Assembly (NCBI GenBank): GCA_965221605.1
Contig: CBDCSK010000014.1
Location: 26,666 to 90,665 of the forward strand
Reading direction: 5' to 3'
DNA length: 64,000 bases
Source: Candidatus Aldehydirespirator sp.
GTDB lineage: Bacteria; Actinomycetota; Acidimicrobiia; Acidimicrobiales; Aldehydirespiratoraceae
The translations under genes and the position numbers were made by a program. Every line of letters starts with the position of its first letter. Within the stretch, counting starts at the first letter, position 1. Positions 51,450-64,000 of the stretch are shown here, in pieces. The notes under the pieces were generated by a model. It had not been told where the DNA came from. It ran no database searches and was given only the letters and a program-made list of their open reading frames with translations.

Positions 51450-52985
51450 GTGGATACGGTGCTGAGGATGGATGAAGTCGAAGTTGGTCACCCGTGGGAG
51501 CCGATCACAGCCTTGACTGACGACGACCGCGCCGCAGCCAGCGAAGAACTGCCTGCGCTTGCTCGGACATGGAACCAGGTCCGTGCCACGCTTGATCGCC
51601 AGCAGGTAGACAACTTCAATGAACTCCTGAAGCGGCAGTGGGCGATCGAGACCGGGATCATTGAGCGCCTCTACACGCTCGACCGAGGTACGACAGAGGT
51701 TCTCATCAAGCACGGCATAGACGCATCTTTGATCGCGAGCGATGCCACGGATCAGCCACCCGAACTAGTCGCTGGGATCATCCGGGATCATGCCGAGGCG
51801 GTCGACTGGCTGTTCGACGCGGTAACCAGCGAGCGTCCTCTGTCCACCTCCTTCATGAAGCAACTGCACCAGTTCATGACGCGCAAGCAGGTCTATACGA
51901 CCGGTATCGACATGTTCGGCAGAAAGCACGAGATTGAGTTGAGGCACGGCGAGTTCAAGGCCCGTCCCAACAATCCCGTGCGCCCCGACGGCAAGCTCCA
52001 CGAATACTGCCCACCTGAGCACGTAGATGCCGAGATGGACCGGCTGATCGAGATGCACCGCCAACACACGGAGGCGGACACAGCCCCCGACGTGAGCGCG
52101 GCGTGGCTCCATCACCGTTTCGCACAGATCCATCCCTTCCAAGACGGCAACGGGCGGATCGCTAGAGCCATCGCGTCGCTAGTGCTCATCGGAGCCGGGT
52201 GGTTCCCCCTAGTCGTTACCCGTGACGATCGGGCCAGGTACATCAGCGCTCTCGAGCAAGCGGACGATGACGACCTGATTCCACTGATACACCTCGTAGC
52301 GGAACTCCAGCGAAAGTGGTTCGTTCGCGCTGTCTCGATCGCCGAGGACGTACGGCGAGAGTCACTCCACTTGGAGCAGATGCTCGATGTCATCGGCGAA
52401 ATGTTCGGTGCGGAGTCAGCGCCGGCTCAGTCGGAGTTGCGCCAAGCCCTTGAGACGGCCGAGCAGGTGTGGATCCAAGCCCGCAACCGCTTCGACGAGT
52501 TGCGGGAGCAGTTGGAGCAGCGCTTGGGGTTCTCCAACGGAAGGCGCGTGTGGTGCGACTACGGAACGGACGACGACGCACGGCGGCGCACATGGAATCG
52601 ATATCAGGTAGTCGAGACTGCCCGCAGTCTCGACTACTACGCCAACACACGAGTCCACCACGAATGGGTTCGCTTGGGAATTCAGACTGAGCACGGCCGT
52701 TCCGAGATACTGACCTCGTTCCACGGGATCGGAACGGAGTATCGGGGACTTGTCGGCGTGTCGATGTGCTTCTACCGGCGCCAACAACCCGAGGCCACTG
52801 AGGACCACCCTGAGGGCGCGGCTGATATGACTCTCCAGCAGCAGATCATCGAGTTGCAGCCTGTGTCGGAAGATGTCTTCCAAATCAACTACGAGGAGCC
52901 CTTAGAGTCTGTGGAACGACGGTTCCACGGATGGCTGGAACGTGCTGTCGTTCTAGCTCTCGACCAGTGGCGCCGAGGCGAGTGA
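51450..52985 (+). CDS. Fic-domain protein (canonical AMPylation motif) with a ~230-aa uncharacterized C-terminal region
   Basis: HPFQDGNGRIARAI matches HxFx(D/E)GNGRxxR exactly. The start is uncertain (GTG 51450 or ATG 51468). Confidence 0.8.
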   Translation: MDTVLRMDEVEVGHPWEPITALTDDDRAAASEELPALARTWNQVRATLDRQQVDNFNELLKRQWAIETGIIERLYTLDRGTTEVLIKHGIDASLIASDATDQPPELVAGIIRDHAEAVDWLFDAVTSERPLSTSFMKQLHQFMTRKQVYTTGIDMFGRKHEIELRHGEFKARPNNPVRPDGKLHEYCPPEHVDAEMDRLIEMHRQHTEADTAPDVSAAWLHHRFAQIHPFQDGNGRIARAIASLVLIGAGWFPLVVTRDDRARYISALEQADDDDLIPLIHLVAELQRKWFVRAVSIAEDVRRESLHLEQMLDVIGEMFGAESAPAQSELRQALETAEQVWIQARNRFDELREQLEQRLGFSNGRRVWCDYGTDDDARRRTWNRYQVVETARSLDYYANTRVHHEWVRLGIQTEHGRSEILTSFHGIGTEYRGLVGVSMCFYRRQQPEATEDHPEGAADMTLQQQIIELQPVSEDVFQINYEEPLESVERRFHGWLERAVVLALDQWRRGE

Positions 52986-52997
52986 GCGAACCCGCGA

Positions 52998-57632
<4,635 letters not shown>

Positions 57633-57690
57633 GCCGCCACCGTACCGACCCCCTGCGACACCCGCCCGGCCAGGCCCCTACAGTGGCCCC

Positions 57691-58638
57691 ATGACTCATC
57701 CTTTCCGTTTCGGCGTCGAGCTGAAGCTGCCGCTGCCCGGCCTGACGTGGCCCCAGACCGCCAAGAAGGTCGAGGACCTCGGCTTCTCCAACCTCGTGAT
57801 GCCCGACCATTTCGACGAGCAGCTGGCGGTGGGCCCGGGGCTGGCCGCCGCGGCCGCCGCCACCACCAACCTGCGTTTCGGCGCCTTCGTGTACGGCAAC
57901 GACTACCGCCATCCGGTGATGACGGCCAAGGAGGTGGCCACCCTCGACGTACTGTCGGGCGGGCGGATGGACCTCGGGCTCGGAGCGGGCTGGAAGCGGG
58001 TCGACTACGACGAGGGCGGCTTGGAGTACGACCCGCCGGGCGTGCGCGTCGACCGCATGGTCGAGTCCCTCCACATAATCCGCGCCCTCTTCGAGGACGG
58101 ACCGGTCACCTTCGAGGGCGAGCACTACACCATCCGCGGCCTCGAGGGCCTGCCCAAGCCGGTGCAGTCGCCGGTGCCGGTGGCCATCGGCGGGGGCGGG
58201 CCCCGGATGCTCCGCCTCGCCGGCCGCCACGCCGACATCGTGGGCGTGAACGCCAACCTGCGCTCGGGCGAGATCGGGCTCGATGCCATGAACGACGTGC
58301 TCGGTGCTGATCGCTTCGACACCAAGCTCGAATGGGTGAGGTCCGGCGCCGGCGACCGCTTCGACCAGCTGGTGCTCAATGTGCTGATCGCCGCGTGGCA
58401 GGTCACCGGCGGCGGCCGGGCCACCACCGAGGCCCTGGAAGCCACCGCATCCATGTTCGGCCAGCCCGTCGAGGTGGTCGCCGATGTCCCGCTGCTGCTC
58501 ATCGGCTCGCCGGCCGAGATCGCCGACACCCTCCGCCGGCGGCGGGAGCGGTGGGGCTTCAGTTACATGATCCTGGGCGCCGCCAACACCGACGTCGAGG
58601 CCTTCGCCCCGGTGATCGCCGAGCTGGACGGCGAGTAG
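57691..58638 (+). CDS. LLM-class (luciferase-like) F420-dependent oxidoreductase
   Basis: MTHPFRFGV...VMPDHF...LDVLSGGRMDLGLGAGW... The ATG at 57691 is in frame inside ORF 57442..58638. Confidence 0.7.
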   Translation: MTHPFRFGVELKLPLPGLTWPQTAKKVEDLGFSNLVMPDHFDEQLAVGPGLAAAAAATTNLRFGAFVYGNDYRHPVMTAKEVATLDVLSGGRMDLGLGAGWKRVDYDEGGLEYDPPGVRVDRMVESLHIIRALFEDGPVTFEGEHYTIRGLEGLPKPVQSPVPVAIGGGGPRMLRLAGRHADIVGVNANLRSGEIGLDAMNDVLGADRFDTKLEWVRSGAGDRFDQLVLNVLIAAWQVTGGGRATTEALEATASMFGQPVEVVADVPLLLIGSPAEIADTLRRRRERWGFSYMILGAANTDVEAFAPVIAELDGE

Positions 58639-58678
58639 CCCCGCCCTCACCTGCTCTCGTTTGTTCTATGGTGGAGCC

Positions 58679-59380
58679 ATGACGTCGACCACGGCTGAGG
58701 CGACGGCCTACGAGTCGCCCGAGTGGCATCCCGCCTTCGAGGAGTACTGCGAGACGATCTTCGAGTTGGCCGAGGACGACCTGGAGGTGATCCAGGCCCG
58801 CATCGCCGACCGGCTGGAGATCTCCCGCCCGGCGGTCTCCGAGATGATCCGCCGGATGCAGGCCGAGGGCCTCGTGGAGGAGGGCCGCGGCACGATCCAG
58901 CTCACCGCCCGGGGCCACTCGCTGGCCGAGACGGTCGTGCGACGACACCGGCTGGCCGAGTGCTTCCTAACCGAGATCCTGGGCCTCTCCTGGGCGGAGG
59001 CCCACCAGGAGGCGGGCAAGTGGGAGCACATCATCTCCCCCGCGGTGGAGCAGGCCATGATGCGGGTGCTGGAACAGCCGACCACCTGCCCCCACGGCAA
59101 CCCCATCCCCGGCTCCGGGTACGAGGCGCCCGAGATGGTGACGCTGGACAACCTCGAGGTGGGGCGGGGCTTCACCGTGCAGCGCATCCCCGAGGAGCTG
59201 GAGTTCCAGCCGGGGATGCTCGAGTTCCTCGAGCAGGCCAGAGTGACGCCCGGATCGATGGGCACTGTCACCGCCCGCTCCCCCGACGGCACCGTCACCC
59301 TCGACGTCGAGGGCGGGCCGGTCGGGCTGAGCGACTACGCCACCTCTCGCATCCTCGTCAGCGCAACACCAGCCGGCTGA
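58679..59380 (+). CDS. DtxR/IdeR-family metal-dependent transcriptional regulator
   Basis: HTH (IADRLEISRPAVSEMIRRM), metal sites (RRHRLAECFL, WEHIISP, CPHGNPIP) and a C-terminal FeoA/SH3-like domain. ATG 58679 is chosen over TTG 58661. Confidence 0.85.
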   Translation: MTSTTAEATAYESPEWHPAFEEYCETIFELAEDDLEVIQARIADRLEISRPAVSEMIRRMQAEGLVEEGRGTIQLTARGHSLAETVVRRHRLAECFLTEILGLSWAEAHQEAGKWEHIISPAVEQAMMRVLEQPTTCPHGNPIPGSGYEAPEMVTLDNLEVGRGFTVQRIPEELEFQPGMLEFLEQARVTPGSMGTVTARSPDGTVTLDVEGGPVGLSDYATSRILVSATPAG

Positions 59381-59431
59381 ACAGGGGAACTTCCCTCGGC
59401 GATCTCGGAGGCGGGACAGTCCGCGACCGGC

Positions 59432-60847
59432 TCAGCCTCCGGGAACGAGATGGAACAGCACGCGAGTGCCCCCCGCGAGTTCCTCGCGCTGGCGGACATC
59501 GAAGCGCAGCGCTGCTTGCGCCTCAATAGCAGCGAGTGTGTACGCGTCGTGGGTGCCGGTCCGCTTGTTGCCCTTCAGCCTCCGCACCATCGGATCGGTC
59601 TCGGTCGGCACCTCCAGCACCACCTCGGTGTCGAGATCCGCGAGGAAGTCGAGAATCGATTCCGTCGGCACGTTGTGCGTCAGTGCCAGGTGGTGGATCA
59701 CCGCGAGGGCGAGCACCAGATCCGGCGACGAACGCATGCCGATGACGGGTCGCTCCATGTTCCGCCATCCGATGCCCGGTGTGGGGTCGGCGAAGTTCAT
59801 GACCAGCGGAACGATGACGTGGCTGCCGTCTTCACGCAGTGTCCGGTAGAGACGATCGACTACGTGGCCATCGGAATCCATGGCTAGGACGACATCGGCG
59901 TTGCCGGCCGCGATCCGGCTGAACATGCCGTCGTTAGCGCCCACATCCCACACCTGCGATCGGCGGCGTTGACCGACGACGCGCTCCACGAACTGGATCT
60001 TGGCGGTCACTTCCTCGGGCGCGTAATGGCTCCGCTCGGAGTATCCGTCCCAGGCCGACCGACCGTCGTGCCAGCGCAGCTCGCCGACCAGCTTGAGCAG
60101 ACGGTCGACGAGGCTGACGTAGATCCGGGTGTCGTAGCCCGCCCGCTTGAGGCTCTCGACGGCGGCCGCGGAGCCACCGGTGAACCGCGCGTCGGCTCGG
60201 GCGTGCAGCCACACGTGGGGTATCAGGCCTCGGCTGCCGCGGCGGCGACCCTGCAGCACCCGCCGAGCATGCTGCGGGGTAATGCCGTCGATTGCGCCTC
60301 GCATCCAAGGCTGGTGCGGGAGGTCCTTGTACGCGGTGAACATGAGCGGGTACAGGAACATCTGGCAGAACTGGCGATAGCCCCACCAAGGCTCGCCGAT
60401 CCTGTAGGGCTCGAACGAGCCGATGTCGATGAAGATCGGCCGCGGGCCCACGAACTGGACGTTGTAGGGCGTGGCGTCCTTGATCGTGAGGCCCTCGTCT
60501 ATGGCGGCCCGAACCAGCCTCAGGGTGAGACTGGCTGCATCCTGAAGCATCGAGAACGACCACTCGTGGGGGTAGGTGACCACGGGGACCGCCTCGTGCT
60601 CAAGCACCAGCGCCCATTCGGACCCGTCCGGCGCCGCCGCCTCGACCATCTCGGTCGCCACCAGGTCCCCCGCCTCCAGCGCCTCGGAATAGAAGCGAGT
60701 GTCGCGCAGTGCGTGGAAGTCTCCTGCCGCCTTCTCGCCCAAGCCGCGCAACACGCGGGAGCCTCCCCGCCAAACCCGGGAGCCCGGATCACGGAACGAT
60801 CCGGCGTCGTATCGGGTTGACGGCGAGCCCGAGCTCGACCCCGTCAC
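59432..60847 (-). CDS. Class I SAM-dependent methyltransferase with a large N-terminal domain (NoeA-like)
   Basis: Motif I-like VWDVGANDGMFS and post-I LAMDSD. The N-terminal ~270 aa is unassigned. Confidence 0.6.
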   Translation of the reverse strand: MTGSSSGSPSTRYDAGSFRDPGSRVWRGGSRVLRGLGEKAAGDFHALRDTRFYSEALEAGDLVATEMVEAAAPDGSEWALVLEHEAVPVVTYPHEWSFSMLQDAASLTLRLVRAAIDEGLTIKDATPYNVQFVGPRPIFIDIGSFEPYRIGEPWWGYRQFCQMFLYPLMFTAYKDLPHQPWMRGAIDGITPQHARRVLQGRRRGSRGLIPHVWLHARADARFTGGSAAAVESLKRAGYDTRIYVSLVDRLLKLVGELRWHDGRSAWDGYSERSHYAPEEVTAKIQFVERVVGQRRRSQVWDVGANDGMFSRIAAGNADVVLAMDSDGHVVDRLYRTLREDGSHVIVPLVMNFADPTPGIGWRNMERPVIGMRSSPDLVLALAVIHHLALTHNVPTESILDFLADLDTEVVLEVPTETDPMVRRLKGNKRTGTHDAYTLAAIEAQAALRFDVRQREELAGGTRVLFHLVPGG

Positions 60848-61026
60848 AGCGTCGTTTCGTCCGACTCGCTGGGAGCCTCGCTCTCGCCACGGGTTCGCCG
60901 ATCGAGCCTCCCGATCCTGATCCTGGCCAGGACAGCCCGCGCCGCGACGGCCATTCCGGCACCGCCTGCTGCGATCGCTCCGATAATGGCACTACCCGAC
61001 GCCGGGTCGAGATAGCCGATGATCAT
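60844..61026 (-). CDS. Small membrane protein (60 aa)
   Basis: MIIGYLDPASGSAIIGAIAAGGAGMAVAA is a hydrophobic segment followed by a charged tail. Its stop overlaps the methyltransferase ATG by 4 nt. Confidence 0.45.
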   Translation of the reverse strand: MIIGYLDPASGSAIIGAIAAGGAGMAVAARAVLARIRIGRLDRRTRGESEAPSESDETTL

Positions 61027-61088
61027 CGCCGCCCCAATCTCCCGGCGGCCACGATACCAACTGGTGAAGGCGGGTACAGAATGAAGCC

Positions 61089-63695
61089 GTGTCCGTAGCG
61101 GGATGGCGGCTGCTTCACCTCCTCGTTCTAGCCACTCTGGCCTTCACCCAGCCACTTCTGAGCGTGCTCGGCGAGAACCCGACCTTCTTCGTCGCGCACT
61201 CGACGTCACCCGGCCATTTGATCGCCTTTGTGCTAATCGTCTCCCTCGTCCCGGCAGCCGTGCTCGGCACCCTGATGCTCGCTGGCCATGCCGTCTCGGC
61301 CGGGTTGGGAGAACGCATCTTCTGTGTCTCGATGACCGTGCTGGCCTTCGTCTTCATCCTTCAGGTGGTGGACACGATGCCCGGACCGCCGGTGGCCGTC
61401 GCGGTCGTGGCCGGCGCCGTCAGCTACGGCCTGATGATCCTGTACTCGACGCAGCGACCGGTGCGATCGGCGGTGTCGGTGATGGCCGTGTTCCCATTGG
61501 CCGTTGTGGCCCTGTTCCTGTTCCGTTCACCGGCCAGCAGCATCGCGTTTCCCGACGATGTCGAGGCGGTGGCCCTCGATGACCTGCTGGGAGCGGACTT
61601 CGCCACGGGGAACCTCGACAGCAAGAACCCGTCACCAGCCGGCACCGCCAACAGCAATGACGCAGGCGCCGGCTCCCCGGCCACCACACCCACCCAGCGG
61701 GCGCCCACGGCAACCGGGCCCGCGGCTGTCCCGGGAGCTGAAGCACAGCCGGCCTCGATGGTCGATCGCCTGAACGAGCGATTCCCGCCGATCTACGTCC
61801 TTGTGCTCGATGAGTTCCCGTGGGCCTCGCTACTCGACGAGGGCGGACGGATCGACAGGGTTCGCTATCCGAGTTTTGCTCGGCTCGGCGCGACAGCCCA
61901 CGTCTTCTCCAACGCCACCACGGTGGCATTCACCACCGAGCAGGCAGTGCCCGCCCTGTTGACGGGCACGCTCGAAGCTCAACCCGCCCCGGTGTACTCG
62001 CTGTACCCCGACAACCTGTTCACGCTGCTGGGTGGGGTGTACGACGTGACGGTGTCAGATCCTCTAGTCGACTTGTGCCCGCCGCCGGTGTGCGATGGCT
62101 CGCCTCCAGTGCAGATCCTCGAACTGATTGCAGCCGACGAGGCGACACGCTCCGCCCAACCGGCAGCCACAACCACCCCCACCACGACCGCCTCGACAAC
62201 GACCACAACCACCCCCACCACGACCGCCTCCCAGGTGACGGTGCCGGCCGCAAGCGAGGCCAGGAGCGGGCGGGGCGGATCACTGTCGCGGTTGCTGAAG
62301 GACGCCGCCATCGTGCTCGCGCATCTCGCGGTTCCCGAAGGAGTGGACTTCGGACTCCCATCCATCGGTTCTACGTGGGGCAACTTCGGACTGGAACCGG
62401 TCGCCCGGGACCTCACCGTGGAGGCTTCCCAGCACGGCACCTCAGCCGCGCCCGAAGCCTCCCCTCCCACAACCGCCGCAGCCACACCGGCAAGCACGAC
62501 CGCAGCCACCACCACAACCTCCTCCACCACCACCACGACCGCAGCCACCACCCCAGCACCGCCTGCGGAGGATCCCCTGGCAGAGCTGCTGACAGGATCG
62601 GGATCGGGATCAGAAGCGGCCTCTGATCCGGTCGACCCGCAGCGCCTCGCGCAGGAGCGCACGGCCTTCCTCGACAGCCTGATCACCATCGACACGCGGG
62701 TCGCCGACCTTCGGGCCGCGGTCGCGGCCCTGACAGAGAGCGAACTGCCCCGCCTTCACTACCTCCACGCCCTGCTGCCCCACGTGCCCTGGCGATTCAG
62801 GCCCGACGGCTCGACCTACGCGGACATCGAGCTTCCCGGGTACTTCTCCAAATGGGACGACGACCCAGCCATCGCCCACTTCGGGCAGCAGCGGCACCTG
62901 CTGCAACTCGGCTTGGTCGACCGCTTGCTGGGGGAGTACCTCGACCGGCTGGAGGCAATCGGCGACTTCGATCGGGCCATTGTCATCGTGACCGCCGACC
63001 ACGGAATCTCCTTCGTGCCCGGCGAGCGATCCCGCGGGATCGGCGAGGCCAACACGGCGGGAATCGCCAACGTGCCGTTGCTCTACAAGGAACCGGGCCA
63101 ACGATCAGGCACGGTCCAACCCCAGCCCGTGGAACTCATCGACGTCGTCCCGACCCTCGCGGCCAAGCTCGGACTGGATCCGCCGTGGGCATTCGACGGC
63201 CACAACCTCTTCGCGGTGGCGGACCCGACCCGGGATCGCCGGGTGCGGGGCCCCTACGGCATGGTCGACGTTCCCGGCGACCTAGGCGCCATCGTGGATG
63301 CGCGTGCCGCCAGCATGCACGGCGTCTTTGGCGACGGCACCTCGGGCAGCCTCTACGGACTCGGCGGCGCCCACGACCTGATCGGCACGCCGACGCTTGA
63401 CCGGACGATCAGCCCATCCGAGCACTGTTGGACCCTGGAACGACCGCTCACGACCCCAGAGGCCAGCGGTGCGGTCGGATTCGTGTACGGGCGGATCAAC
63501 GTCACCGCCGGTGCGGGGATTGCGGTGGCTGTCTCGGTCGACGGAGTGGTTGCAGGGACGGCCCGGTCCTACCGGGACGGGTCGATCGAGCGTGTCTACG
63601 CCATCGGTGATCCGCAGTACTGGAAGACCAGCGAGCCTCTGGTGGAACTCCACGAGATCGTGGAAGGACGGCTCGCACCCATCGGCCGCTGTTGA
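61089..63695 (+). CDS. Membrane-anchored sulfatase/alkaline-phosphatase-superfamily protein with Thr/Pro-rich inserts
   Basis: About 5 N-terminal TM segments, then IYVLVLDEF...TTEQAVPALLTG...IVIVTADHGISF (metal/nucleophile motifs of the superfamily). GTG start. Confidence 0.65.
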   Translation: MSVAGWRLLHLLVLATLAFTQPLLSVLGENPTFFVAHSTSPGHLIAFVLIVSLVPAAVLGTLMLAGHAVSAGLGERIFCVSMTVLAFVFILQVVDTMPGPPVAVAVVAGAVSYGLMILYSTQRPVRSAVSVMAVFPLAVVALFLFRSPASSIAFPDDVEAVALDDLLGADFATGNLDSKNPSPAGTANSNDAGAGSPATTPTQRAPTATGPAAVPGAEAQPASMVDRLNERFPPIYVLVLDEFPWASLLDEGGRIDRVRYPSFARLGATAHVFSNATTVAFTTEQAVPALLTGTLEAQPAPVYSLYPDNLFTLLGGVYDVTVSDPLVDLCPPPVCDGSPPVQILELIAADEATRSAQPAATTTPTTTASTTTTTTPTTTASQVTVPAASEARSGRGGSLSRLLKDAAIVLAHLAVPEGVDFGLPSIGSTWGNFGLEPVARDLTVEASQHGTSAAPEASPPTTAAATPASTTAATTTTSSTTTTTAATTPAPPAEDPLAELLTGSGSGSEAASDPVDPQRLAQERTAFLDSLITIDTRVADLRAAVAALTESELPRLHYLHALLPHVPWRFRPDGSTYADIELPGYFSKWDDDPAIAHFGQQRHLLQLGLVDRLLGEYLDRLEAIGDFDRAIVIVTADHGISFVPGERSRGIGEANTAGIANVPLLYKEPGQRSGTVQPQPVELIDVVPTLAAKLGLDPPWAFDGHNLFAVADPTRDRRVRGPYGMVDVPGDLGAIVDARAASMHGVFGDGTSGSLYGLGGAHDLIGTPTLDRTISPSEHCWTLERPLTTPEASGAVGFVYGRINVTAGAGIAVAVSVDGVVAGTARSYRDGSIERVYAIGDPQYWKTSEPLVELHEIVEGRLAPIGRC
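62167..62230 (+). repeat. Perfect 28-bp direct repeat (36-bp period) encoding TTTPTTTAS
   Basis: CCACAACCACCCCCACCACGACCGCCTC occurs at 62167-62194 and again at 62203-62230. Confidence 0.85.
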
Positions 63696-63738
63696 AGCCG
63701 CGCCCCACCCCTGCCGCGACCGACTCCGGCAGCACATT

Positions 63739-63768
63739 GGGGCTGCGCTCGCCTTTGGGCGCAGCCCC
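63739..63768 (+). terminator. Intrinsic-terminator-like hairpin after the sulfatase-like gene
   Basis: GGGGCTGCGC-N10-GCGCAGCCCC (perfect 10-bp stem), followed by TCCTTCTGTG. It starts 44 nt after the stop codon. Confidence 0.55.
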
Positions 63769-63852
63769 TCCTTCTGTGATACTTTGATGTGATCAAAGTG
63801 AGCCCAGCCTTCGACGGCTCATCGCCGAAGGCTGCCTGAACAGGGGGACCCC

Positions 63853-64000
63853 ATGACCGCCAACCAATTCTCCAGACGCACGTTCCTGGGAGGAACCGCC
63901 GCCGGGGCGGGGCTGCTGCTGGGCGGCAGCACCCTCATCACGGCGTGCTCCGGTTCCGAGCCCGCGCCCGTCGCCCTCACGCCGGTGAACTTCCACCTGA
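63853..64000 (+). CDS. Tat-signal lipoprotein, N-terminal fragment (continues beyond the window)
   Basis: AGGGGGA precedes the ATG. MTANQFSRRTFLGGTAAGAGLLLGGSTLITAC has a twin-arginine motif and a lipobox Cys. The frame is open to the window end. Confidence 0.65.
   Translation, partial: MTANQFSRRTFLGGTAAGAGLLLGGSTLITACSGSEPAPVALTPVNFHL

Overview
High-GC (actinobacterial-type) chromosomal window that is densely coding on both strands. I found no rRNA, tRNA, CRISPR array, transposase or integrase. The backbone is metabolic and transport:
- a sugar-acid-like cluster at 0-6 kb
- a duplicated ABC-2 exporter operon at 13-17 kb
- a VOC/PhyH/Ldh_2/ADH/DMFase-like catabolic block at 19.5-26.7 kb
- a branched-chain amino-acid Liv-type importer, tandem Lrp regulator, two SDRs and a 2-oxoacid dehydrogenase E1/E2 operon at 29.7-42.2 kb
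- a MacB/FtsX-type ABC system at 42.3-48.3 kb
- lhr, an F420-type LLM oxidoreductase, a DtxR/IdeR regulator, and a methyltransferase/sulfatase-like pair.

Three accessory islets are embedded in this backbone:
1. A Type III mod-res module preceded by an unusually long AAA+/DUF4143 ATPase (6.0-12.1 kb).
2. Four type II toxin-antitoxin pairs that bracket the catabolic block, one pair of which flanks an orphan AAA ATPase-wHTH gene with two palindromic operators (18.1-19.4 and 26.8-29.4 kb).
3. An A/T-richer divergent pair made of a multi-HTH protein and a canonical Fic AMPylase with a long unknown C-terminal domain (49.7-53.0 kb).

Two sequence-level oddities stand out. A perfect C24 homopolymer sits between the MacB-like ATPase gene and its permease gene. 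Five single-base indels in short G/C runs, confined to 35.7-39.8 kb, break the Liv binding protein, one SDR and E1-alpha.

All functional calls come from motif recognition by eye; no database search was run.
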